Translations under genes and position numbers: made by a program | DNA from: a virus | Lineage: Duplodnaviria > Caudoviricetes | Virus record (IMG/VR): IMGVR_UViG_3300032292_000321 | Span: 1 to 27,868 of that record | Length of the DNA: 27,868 bases | Strand: one strand, 5' to 3' | Part shown: positions 1 to 7,163 of the stretch, piece by piece | How positions within the stretch are numbered: position 1 is the stretch's first letter | Layout of the letters: each line of letters begins with the position of its first letter | The notes under the pieces: model-generated | What the model was told of the DNA's origin: nothing | The model's input: only the letters and a program-made list of their open reading frames with translations | Databases searched by the model: none

Positions 1-1320
1 GAGAAGCTCGTCGTCGAGATCACAGACGGCGAGATCCAAAGCGTGCGCAGCCCGCGCATGCGCGAATGGGTCGCCGAGCGATTAGGGCCAGAGGCCCGCA
101 AGCTCATGACCGTGTATAAAGACGGCGAGGCGAAGGCGTCCATCGACAAGGCGGTGCGCGCTAATCTCCTTGCCATCGAAGATCCTGAGCAAGTCCCGCC
201 GCATGTGGCGGACGTGATCCAATGCGCCGACGATTTGTGGGCCTCGTCGGTCGCTAAGTTTGACAGGCTCGCCAACCTAGCCGACGTCGAGGATCACCGT
301 GTCAGAGGAGCATTTGTATTTGCTGGTGGAAGTGCCACGGGGCGCGCTTCAAGCTACGGCGCCCAGGTTCACAACTTCACGCGTCGCACTCTTGGAAACG
401 CTGACGCCGTCCGCCATTCAATGGTCAGAGGTCACAGTATCGTTCCAACCTACGGACGACGGGTTACAGATGTTCTTAAAGGAATGTTGCGACCCGCTCT
501 TATCCCCGCCAGAGGTCACGTTTTCATCGTGGCCGACTGGGCAGCGATAGAAGCTCGAGCAACGCCGTGGTTATCGAACGACCCGCAGGCCGATACCGTG
601 CTGCAAGTGTTCCGCGATGGCGGCGACATATACAAGCGGGAAGCCGCAGGCATCTACCACTGTACGCCCGAACAGGTGACGGACGAGCAGCGCCAGATTG
701 GCAAGGTCGCCATCCTGTCGCTTGGCTTCGCTGGCGGCGTCGGTGCGTTCGCCGCGATGGGTCGAGGCTACGGCATCACGTTGCATGAATCAGACGCGCA
801 GCGCATCGTAGATGCGTGGCGCCGCGCGAATTCGTGGGCAATACGCTACTGGCAGGCGCTCGAGGCCGCCTACACTCGCGCCATGCGCAACCCCGGCCGC
901 GAGTTCTCCGCCGGGCGGGTGACGTATCTTTTTGATCGCCATCACTTGTGGTACGCGCTGCCCTCTGGGCGTATTCTTTGTTACCCCTTTGCACGGCTCG
1001 AGGACGACGGCGTGTCCTATTTGAAGGCCGCATGGAAGCCTGCCGCTGATGCAAAGGAATGGCCGCGTGCGCGGTTATGGCGAGGACTCGCGTGCGAGAA
1101 CATCACGCAGGCGACCGCCAATGACTTGTTGCGGCATGCGCTCGCGCAGCTCGACTATGTGGTGCTGCACGTCCACGACGAAATCGTTATGGAAGTGCCA
1201 GAGGCCAAGGCCGAGCACTATGCGCGAGTGCTGCGCGAGACGATGTGTACAGCGCCCGAGTGGGCGCGGGGGTTTCCGCTGAAGGCCGAGGTGAAGGTCA
1301 TGCAGCGGTACGGTAAATAA
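1..1320 (+). CDS. Family A DNA polymerase, phage type (5' end outside window)
   Basis: Frame is open from base 1 (EKLVVEITDGEIQSVRSPRM...). PolA motifs: ATGRASS, motif A ADWAAIEAR, motif B RQIGKVAILSLGFAGG, motif C VLHVHDEIV. Confidence 0.93.
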   Translation, partial: EKLVVEITDGEIQSVRSPRMREWVAERLGPEARKLMTVYKDGEAKASIDKAVRANLLAIEDPEQVPPHVADVIQCADDLWASSVAKFDRLANLADVEDHRVRGAFVFAGGSATGRASSYGAQVHNFTRRTLGNADAVRHSMVRGHSIVPTYGRRVTDVLKGMLRPALIPARGHVFIVADWAAIEARATPWLSNDPQADTVLQVFRDGGDIYKREAAGIYHCTPEQVTDEQRQIGKVAILSLGFAGGVGAFAAMGRGYGITLHESDAQRIVDAWRRANSWAIRYWQALEAAYTRAMRNPGREFSAGRVTYLFDRHHLWYALPSGRILCYPFARLEDDGVSYLKAAWKPAADAKEWPRARLWRGLACENITQATANDLLRHALAQLDYVVLHVHDEIVMEVPEAKAEHYARVLRETMCTAPEWARGFPLKAEVKVMQRYGK

Positions 1321-1345
1321 AAAACCCCGGCGGGTTAGGCCGGGG
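1314..1345 (-). terminator. Intrinsic terminator facing leftward, between polymerase and primase
   Basis: Stem CCCCGGC (1325-1331) / GCCGGGG (1339-1345), 7-nt loop. On the minus strand it is followed by TTTTTTATTT; the plus strand has no U-tract. Confidence 0.65.
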
Positions 1346-1369
1346 CAAAGTCTCTGAGGAGAGTTTCAC

Positions 1370-3670
1370 ATGCAAGAGTTCATCGACTATCTAGCACAGG
1401 CCGCCCCAGAAGGCGAGACAATTCTGCTAGTACGTCAAAAGCCCCGTCTCATCGACGGCGTGCAGCAGTACCACCAGGACGGCACGGCCAAGTACACATG
1501 GCCTGCCTGCCTGCCCGATAAGTACCGATCGAATCCGCCGAAGGCGTGGTACGCCAACACGGCGTCGTTCATCATCGAGCGCTTCCAACAGGGCAAGATC
1601 AGCGCGAGCAGCGCGTGCTGCAAACACGTCGCGTTCATGGTGCTCGATGACATTGGCACCAAGTCCAAGATCCCGCCGCTCGAGCCCACATGGAAGATCG
1701 AAACCAGCCCCGGCAATTACCAGTGGGGCTACACGTTCGACTACGACAACCAGCCGACCAAAGAGGATTTCTCTGCGGCCATCTTCGCTATCGCCGCAGC
1801 GGGCTACACCGATGGCGGCGCCATCAACCCGGTGCGCAACTTCCGCGTGCCAGGGTCGATCAACTTAAAGCCCGGCCGCGACAACTTCGCCGCCGTGCTC
1901 GTTGACTTCCACCCGCTGCGCCAGTTCACCCTGCAGCAGATCTGCGCGGCGCTTGGCGTCACACCGGCGCCTGCCGATACCGCCTCACATCAGGCGATCA
2001 ACATCGAGGACGACGGCAACGACAGCGTGCTGCGCTGGCTCGCCGAGCAGCAGCTTGTTCTGAATCCTCCTAACACGACTGGCTGGGCGGGCGTCGTCTG
2101 CCCAAACCATGCCGAGCATAGCGACAACAACCCAGAAGGCCGTTATCACCCTGTTCACCGCGCGTTCGATTGCTTCCATGAGCACTGCGGCGACTGGACG
2201 AGCGAGCGCTTCTTGCGTTGGGTCGAGGAGCAAGGCGGCCCTAAGACGGGCTACGGGCTGCGCGATGACCTACTCGCCGCGACCATGACAACGGCGCTTT
2301 CAAAGATCACACCGACCGAAGAATTCCCAGACGCAGCGGCCGAAACGATCGCCGAGGTGCGCCGGCGCGAGATCGGCCGCGTGACCAAGGCCGAGTGGTA
2401 CGAGCGCTTCGCTTACTTGCAGACCGATGACGCCTATTTCGACTTGCAGGAGCGCCGCGAAATATCGCGCAGCACGTTTAACGCGCTCTTCCGTCATATC
2501 TCTTGTAAGTCCGTACGCACCAACCGCGTTGTTGAGGCGTCGGTCTGTTATGACGAGAACCGGCAGGAGAAGGGCGCGCACTCTTTGATCGGCGTCACCT
2601 ACGCCGCCGGCGAGGGTATCCTCGTCAGCCGCGCGGGCGACGTCTACGGCAATCGCTGGCGCAACGCGCGCCCGCAGGGGCGTGAAGGCGACGTGTCGCG
2701 CTGGCTCGAGCACGCTGAGCGCATGATCCCAGACGACAAAGAGCGCGCGCATGTGCTAGCCGTGATGGCTCACAAAGTCCAGCACCCCAATAGAAAAATA
2801 AATCACGCCGTTCTGCACGCCGGTAAGCCTGGCTCTGGCAAGGACACCTTGTGGGCGCCGTTCTTATGGGCTGTTGGTGGTTCTATGAACGTGAACATCA
2901 GCGTCGTGCGCAACGAGGAATTAAATTCCCAATGGGGCTACGCGCTCGAGTCCGAGGTGATGGTCATCAACGAGCTGCGCCAAGCCGAGGCCAAGGATCG
3001 CCGCGCGCTCGAGAACCAGCTCAAGCCCGTTATCGCGGCTCCCCCGGAGCTTCTGCCTGTCAACCGTAAGGGGCTGCATCCGTACGATGCCTTGAACCGC
3101 ATATTTGTCCTTGCGTTCTCCAACGAGCGCGCCGCTATTTCGCTGCCGTCTGACGACCGGCGCTGGTTCGTCACTTGGAGCGAGGCCGATAGACTGCCAG
3201 AAGAAAAGGCGCAGGAATTGTGGCACTGGTACAAGTCCGGCGGGTTTGAACAAATTGCCTGTTGGCTTTCCTCCTACGACGTTTCCGCTTTCAATCCCGG
3301 TGCGAGCCCGATGATGACAGAGGCAAAGGCCATCATGATCGACGCGGGCATGTCGACGGCGGAGTCGTATCTCGTCGAGATGCTGCGCGGCCGCGTCGGC
3401 GAGTTCTCGCGCGGCGTGATCGGCTCGCCGTTCCATGTGGTGCTCGATCGCGTGGCGGGCTCGATGCCGCCGGGCGTGAAGGTGCCGCAGTCCGCGCTAT
3501 TCCATGCGCTGCGCGAGGCTGGATGGGTCGATAAGGGGCGCGTCGCGTCGGGTGACTACCCGTCGAAGAAACACCTATTCTGCGCGCCCGATATGGATAG
3601 CCGCAGCAAGTCAGAGCTGCGGCGACTGGTCGAAGTCCAACCGCCGGCGTCACTCTCCGTCGTCAAATAA
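1370..3670 (+). CDS. Primase-helicase (RepB-like/AEP primase, Zn-binding segment, SF3/D5-like DUF5906-type helicase)
   Basis: RBS GAGGAG upstream. N-terminal LDDIG...IETSPGNYQWGY...RNFRVPGSINLKP primase signature; CPNH...H...CFHEHC Zn ligands; Walker A HAGKPGSGKDT; Walker B-like VMVINEL; AFSNE sensor; DDRRWF. Confidence 0.88.
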   Translation: MQEFIDYLAQAAPEGETILLVRQKPRLIDGVQQYHQDGTAKYTWPACLPDKYRSNPPKAWYANTASFIIERFQQGKISASSACCKHVAFMVLDDIGTKSKIPPLEPTWKIETSPGNYQWGYTFDYDNQPTKEDFSAAIFAIAAAGYTDGGAINPVRNFRVPGSINLKPGRDNFAAVLVDFHPLRQFTLQQICAALGVTPAPADTASHQAINIEDDGNDSVLRWLAEQQLVLNPPNTTGWAGVVCPNHAEHSDNNPEGRYHPVHRAFDCFHEHCGDWTSERFLRWVEEQGGPKTGYGLRDDLLAATMTTALSKITPTEEFPDAAAETIAEVRRREIGRVTKAEWYERFAYLQTDDAYFDLQERREISRSTFNALFRHISCKSVRTNRVVEASVCYDENRQEKGAHSLIGVTYAAGEGILVSRAGDVYGNRWRNARPQGREGDVSRWLEHAERMIPDDKERAHVLAVMAHKVQHPNRKINHAVLHAGKPGSGKDTLWAPFLWAVGGSMNVNISVVRNEELNSQWGYALESEVMVINELRQAEAKDRRALENQLKPVIAAPPELLPVNRKGLHPYDALNRIFVLAFSNERAAISLPSDDRRWFVTWSEADRLPEEKAQELWHWYKSGGFEQIACWLSSYDVSAFNPGASPMMTEAKAIMIDAGMSTAESYLVEMLRGRVGEFSRGVIGSPFHVVLDRVAGSMPPGVKVPQSALFHALREAGWVDKGRVASGDYPSKKHLFCAPDMDSRSKSELRRLVEVQPPASLSVVK

Positions 3671-3718
3671 CCATGCACAGATCACGGCGACGATCGCGCA
3701 GACGGTCATCCAGATCAC
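3650..3718 (-). CDS. 22-aa hydrophobic peptide MIWMTVCAIVAVICAWLFDDGE (not in ORF track)
   Basis: GTG start overlaps the TGA of the upstream gene (GTGA coupling). One hydrophobic helix plus an acidic tail; overlaps the last 21 nt of the primase gene. Confidence 0.5.
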   Translation of the reverse strand: MIWMTVCAIVAVICAWLFDDGE

Positions 3719-3981
3719 GGCTCACCGTCTCGCGCGACGTCGGCGCGTCGCAGTAGCTCGCGCTCGAGCTCGTCATACCCCAGCGCCCGCGCGGCGACAG
3801 CTTGCAGCAAGTAGACGACGCGGCCGCCACCGGAGCACGCGAGGATACCCTCGAGCGCTTGCCGGTAGCGCTCCGCGCGCTTGTCTGGTGGCTCCCAGCG
3901 CGCGGCCGCTTGGCCGTGGGGTATGTCCTCGACTTCCCATAGCTCGCGCTGTTCGTCCTCAGTCAAAAACAGTTTGCCCAT
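3715..3981 (-). CDS. Hypothetical protein (88 aa, MGKLFLTEDEQREL...)
   Basis: Part of ORF 3715..4047; start moved to the ATG at 3981, which follows GGTGA and the upstream stop. Confidence 0.6.
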   Translation of the reverse strand: MGKLFLTEDEQRELWEVEDIPHGQAAARWEPPDKRAERYRQALEGILACSGGGRVVYLLQAVAARALGYDELERELLRRADVARDGEP

Positions 3982-3985
3982 GCTG

Positions 3986-4111
3986 TCACCAATAAACGGA
4001 GTCACCATGCCAGCGGCGCACGCATGCCCAGTTGGGCGGCGGCACATGTGCCCATTGTCGCCGCTCGTCGTCGTGCCTCTGGCACCATATCCGCAAAAGG
4101 TAGCGCAACAT
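3986..4111 (-). CDS. Hypothetical 41-aa protein (MLRYLLRIWCQRHDDERRQWAHVPPPNWAC...)
   Basis: TAATG coupling with the upstream gene at 4109-4113; fills the gap in a tightly packed operon. Confidence 0.5.
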   Translation of the reverse strand: MLRYLLRIWCQRHDDERRQWAHVPPPNWACVRRWHGDSVYW

Positions 4112-4386
4112 TAAAGCCTCCGCAGCTCGTCGCTTGCCCGTTGTAAATCGTCCTCGAGCGTCTCGAGTGTAGCCCGCAGCGCGCCAAATGCGCGCCGCTC
4201 GGCCGCCATGGCCGCGTGCCCGGCCGCACGCGCGGCGAGATAGTCCGGCGGCCAGTCCTCGGGCATGCGCTCGTCGTACCCGGTGCCATCGCATGCCCAG
4301 CATGTGACAGCGCCGCCGTCGTCGTCGACGGCGAGCGCGTCATACCCGGAGCCCGCACAACAGCTGCAGCGCGGGCGCGCCATCAT
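4111..4386 (-). CDS. Small zinc-finger protein with two DnaJ-type CxxCxGxG motifs
   Basis: CSCCAGSG and CWACDGTG followed by a helical tail; ATGA coupling at 4383-4386. Confidence 0.7.
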   Translation of the reverse strand: MMARPRCSCCAGSGYDALAVDDDGGAVTCWACDGTGYDERMPEDWPPDYLAARAAGHAAMAAERRAFGALRATLETLEDDLQRASDELRRL

Positions 4387-4736
4387 CGCAGCGCTTCCCA
4401 TGCGGCGCCCGCGCGGCGCTCGAGCGTGAAATTGCCCAGCGGCCGCCGGCGCAGGATGTTAGACGCCGGCCACACCAGCACCACCGTACCGGCGTCGTAC
4501 CGCCAGCAGCCCTCTTCCGTGCGGCCGTCGCTCAACATGTAGAAGGTGCGCCGCATGCCCTCGAGGTTTTCCGGCGTCGTCTGTAGCCGCGCGGCGTCGA
4601 GCGCGAGCGTGCAGGGCTCCGTCGTCAGAATGGTTTTCGCGCGCCAGTCGCCCTCGACGCCGGCGGTAGCGAACACGTCCGCATGTGCAGTGGTGATGGT
4701 GGCCGCGATCACGGCCGGAAGAATCAACTTTTTCAT
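4383..4736 (-). CDS. Putative exported protein (117 aa)
   Basis: Signal-peptide-like N-terminus MKKLILPAVIAATITTAHA; two cysteines; RBS AAGGA. Confidence 0.7.
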   Translation of the reverse strand: MKKLILPAVIAATITTAHADVFATAGVEGDWRAKTILTTEPCTLALDAARLQTTPENLEGMRRTFYMLSDGRTEEGCWRYDAGTVVLVWPASNILRRRPLGNFTLERRAGAAWEALR

Positions 4737-4769
4737 GGCTTCATTTCCTTTAGGTTAGTGGACAAAAAA

Positions 4770-5066
4770 CTAGGCGGCGTCGCCGTCGACGCGCGCGAGT
4801 AACGCTCGCGCGTCACTTGCGCATCGTTGGCAACTGCCTTGCATCGGGCCGGCAAGCTGGCCCAGCTTGCGCAATAAAAACTCGGCGTCACGCAGCGCGT
4901 CGGCGAGCTCCGGCGCTGCGGCGATTAGGCGCGCGTTCGCCTCGATTCGCTCGACGTCCACGCCGTCGCAGTCGATCATAGCGACGCGGCCGTCGCGGTC
5001 GATAACGTCTAGGTCTCGTGTTGCAAGCCCATCGAGGCGCCATACCGCCGTCGTGTACGCGCTCAT
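4770..5066 (-). CDS. Hypothetical phage protein with ANARLIAAAPEL motif
   Basis: The motif recurs in small phage early proteins; ATGA coupling, RBS GAGGTG. Confidence 0.7.
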   Translation of the reverse strand: MSAYTTAVWRLDGLATRDLDVIDRDGRVAMIDCDGVDVERIEANARLIAAAPELADALRDAEFLLRKLGQLAGPMQGSCQRCASDARALLARVDGDAA

Positions 5067-5269
5067 GGCGTCACCTCGACGTCGCTGTAAATCTGCGCCT
5101 CTTCGCGCAGTCGCTCGAGCTTGACGTGCACCAGCTCGAGGCCGTTATCGCCGTCGCCATCGAGTAGGCGGCACGCGTCAGCTAGCACATGATCGAGCAG
5201 CTCGAGCCGCGATAGCGTCGCGTCGGCCGAATAGGTGAGCGTTACAGTCGCTCGGACTTCCTGATACAT
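5063..5269 (-). CDS. Hypothetical acidic protein (68 aa, MYQEVRATVTLTY...EVTP)
   Basis: 3' part of ORF 5063..5404; ATG at 5269 preceded by AAGGGGG. Confidence 0.6.
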   Translation of the reverse strand: MYQEVRATVTLTYSADATLSRLELLDHVLADACRLLDGDGDNGLELVHVKLERLREEAQIYSDVEVTP

Positions 5270-5282
5270 GGCGGCGCCCCCC

Positions 5283-5675
5283 TTACCGATACCAGTAGGG
5301 GCGGCCGTCGACGTCGATCTGCGAGTAGTCCTCGCGGATGTTGCGCGCGGTAGCCGCCCAGTCGACGACGATATAGTGCGGCATGTCACGCGGCACGCCG
5401 CCACAGTCGACGACTAACTCAGTCGCGTACTCAATGAAGAACTCGTCGTCTATCAGCTGCAGCGGATACCAGTCGCCGCGCCACTCCTCGTCGCCACCGT
5501 ACCCGGCCAGCTCCTCGAGTAACGCGCACAACGCCGCATGTTCTGAGGCCAATTCAGGATGCGCGGCGGCCGTCGCCGTGTAAGTCGTCAATTCTTCCGC
5601 CAGCTCTTCAACGCGGGCAATTATGTCGCGCACGTCGATCACGTCGGCAGTCAAGTCCAATTCAGTCGATTGCAT
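5283..5675 (-). CDS. ArdA-like antirestriction (DNA-mimic) protein, 130 aa
   Basis: RBS AGGAG before ATG 5675. About 29 D/E versus 8 R and no K (hand count). C-terminal EYATELVVDCGGVPRDMPHYIVVDWAATARNIREDY resembles the ArdA C-terminal domain. Confidence 0.6.
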   Translation of the reverse strand: MQSTELDLTADVIDVRDIIARVEELAEELTTYTATAAAHPELASEHAALCALLEELAGYGGDEEWRGDWYPLQLIDDEFFIEYATELVVDCGGVPRDMPHYIVVDWAATARNIREDYSQIDVDGRPYWYR

Positions 5676-5704
5676 GTTGTGTGCTCCTAGTGTGGTGATG
5701 ATGA

Positions 5705-6481
5705 TCAAGCGGCCGCGTCGACGTCGGCGGGCGTCGGCGCTGGTGTGTCGGCGTGCGCCTCAGCGAGCGCGTCCTCGAGCGCGCCGGCGCCGATCGCGCC
5801 GCGCATGGGCATGACGACGGCGACGGCGTCCGGCTGGCCGTCAGTGATGATGGCCGGCGACGTGCCGCGAGTGTGGATCCGCACGGCGTGCCGGCCGGCC
5901 GCCTTTTTCGACACGTTGCGCAGGATGGCGAGCGCGTCGCACGCGTCGGCGACATACTGCCAGTTGGTGCACGACAGCTCGAGCGCGCCCAGCTGATCGG
6001 CCGCCGGCATGACGCGGCGCCATTGTGGGAAGTGCCCATCGAGCGGCCGGAAGCCGACAGCGCCGCCGTTCGGTACCGCGATCGTGCCCTCAGGCTGGCG
6101 GATGATGTGCACGTTTGCGCGCGTCGCATCGGGCTCGCGCACCCATCGCAGGGTCACCAGCACGTCGACGTCGCCTAGGCGCTTACCGCGCGCATACTCG
6201 CCGCTATAGAGCTTCAACGCGGCGTCGATCGCGTCGTTCGGAATGATCACGCCGTCGCGCAGCTCTGGCGGCATGACCGCCTTGTCGTACGCTCGAGCGT
6301 GCACGATACCCGGCGCCGACACCACCAGCATGCGGTGGCCGTCAGTGGCGACGACCTTGCCGGCCGTCACGTCGAGATAGACGCCGTTCAAATAGGAGCG
6401 GATATCCCCCTCGGCCGTGTGGGTACGCGCAGCGCGCAGGGTCGCCAGCGATACAGTCAAATGCAGTTCGTAAGTGCTCAT
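5705..6481 (-). CDS. DNA polymerase III beta-clamp (DnaN) homologue lacking domain I, 258 aa
   Basis: DIRSYLNGVYL...VVATDGHRM (DnaN central domain), LDGHFPQWRRVMP (domain II-III linker), AVVMPMR (DnaN C-terminal strand). RBS GAGGG before ATG 6481. Confidence 0.8.
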   Translation of the reverse strand: MSTYELHLTVSLATLRAARTHTAEGDIRSYLNGVYLDVTAGKVVATDGHRMLVVSAPGIVHARAYDKAVMPPELRDGVIIPNDAIDAALKLYSGEYARGKRLGDVDVLVTLRWVREPDATRANVHIIRQPEGTIAVPNGGAVGFRPLDGHFPQWRRVMPAADQLGALELSCTNWQYVADACDALAILRNVSKKAAGRHAVRIHTRGTSPAIITDGQPDAVAVVMPMRGAIGAGALEDALAEAHADTPAPTPADVDAAA

Positions 6482-6503
6482 CTGTAATGCCCTCGAGTGT
6501 GGG

Positions 6504-6650
6504 TTAGTTGCGGATGTGATCGATGACGCACGCCAGCGCGACAACGGCCGTGCTGGCGATTAGGAGCGGCAGCTCACCCCAATAGACGGCCGCCAAAAAG
6601 GCGGCGCATCCAATGGTGGCGAGCGCGTTGGACAGTTGGCGGGCGCTCAT
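6504..6650 (-). CDS. 48-aa membrane protein with two hydrophobic segments (not in ORF track)
   Basis: MSARQLSNALATIGCAAFLAAVYWGELPLLIASTAVVALACVIDHIRN; ATGA coupling and RBS GAGGTG. Confidence 0.65.
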   Translation of the reverse strand: MSARQLSNALATIGCAAFLAAVYWGELPLLIASTAVVALACVIDHIRN

Positions 6651-6865
6651 GGCGTCACCTCGAGCTCGTTCGCCGCGTGAATCGCGTTATCGAATTCTCG
6701 CAGCAACGCATAAAGCTGAAACGCGTCGGCTCGCGCGTCGGATGGGTCGCGCTCGAGCGCGTCGATCAACGCGCGCCGCAACCAATAGCTGGTCGCCGGG
6801 TGCGCGATCGTCGCCGTGAGGCGCTCGCGCGCGTCGAGCACGCGAACAGGCATCGGCGCGCTCAT
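6647..6865 (-). CDS. Hypothetical protein (72 aa) with SYWLRRAL..ALERDP.DA..DA motif
   Basis: 3' part of ORF 6647..6949; ATGA coupling at 6862-6865. The motif resembles a small helical family I recall from proteobacterial mobile elements. Confidence 0.6.
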   Translation of the reverse strand: MSAPMPVRVLDARERLTATIAHPATSYWLRRALIDALERDPSDARADAFQLYALLREFDNAIHAANELEVTP

Positions 6866-6933
6866 GAGCGCACCGCCAGCATGTAGTACTTGATCTGCCC
6901 GTAGATATGGCGCTGTTCGACTTGAATGATCAT
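6862..6933 (-). CDS. 23-aa ORF MIIQVEQRHIYGQIKYYMLAVRS, possibly a truncated gene
   Basis: ATGA-coupled at both ends; RBS GAGGTG. Confidence 0.5.
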   Translation of the reverse strand: MIIQVEQRHIYGQIKYYMLAVRS

Positions 6934-7094
6934 GACTTGGACACCTCATTAGCTGAGAAAAGGCAAACGAGCGCGGCTGCCACCGCGATCAGCGAGGGGA
7001 TGCCGACACCGCCAGACTCGGCGGCGATCAGAACGCCAAGGGCCATTTCGACCATGGCGAGAAGTTGAAAGAACGCGACGAGTAAAAGTTTCAT
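6930..7094 (-). CDS. 54-aa membrane protein with two hydrophobic segments (not in ORF track)
   Basis: MKLLLVAFFQLLAMVEMALGVLIAAESGGVGIPSLIAVAAALVCLFSANEVSKS; strong RBS AGGAG directly downstream of the ribozyme. Confidence 0.7.
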   Translation of the reverse strand: MKLLLVAFFQLLAMVEMALGVLIAAESGGVGIPSLIAVAAALVCLFSANEVSKS

Positions 7095-7111
7095 GCTGTT
7101 CTCCTATTGTT

Positions 7112-7161
7112 GGTCACATCAGTAGCGGCGTTACCGCTAGACGCCTCACGGCGTTTCGACC
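7112..7161 (-). ncRNA. Hammerhead ribozyme, type II topology, A9U core variant
   Basis: Minus strand reads GGUC GAAA CGCC GUGA GGCG UC UAGCGG UAACG CCGCUA CUGAUGU GACC. Stem II is GGUC/GACC, stem III ACGCC/GGCGU, the cleavage triplet GUC, stem I UAGCGG/CCGCUA, and the core CUGAUG(U) plus GAAA. Confidence 0.85.
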
Positions 7162-7163
7162 TG

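Noticed and set aside
5676-6503. Shared CCACACT just upstream of the RBS of the ArdA-like and clamp genes
   Set aside because: Only 7 nt in two copies; compatible with unstructured A/C-rich leaders or chance.
6504-7094. Small membrane proteins as holins
   Set aside because: They sit in the early leftward operon with no endolysin nearby.
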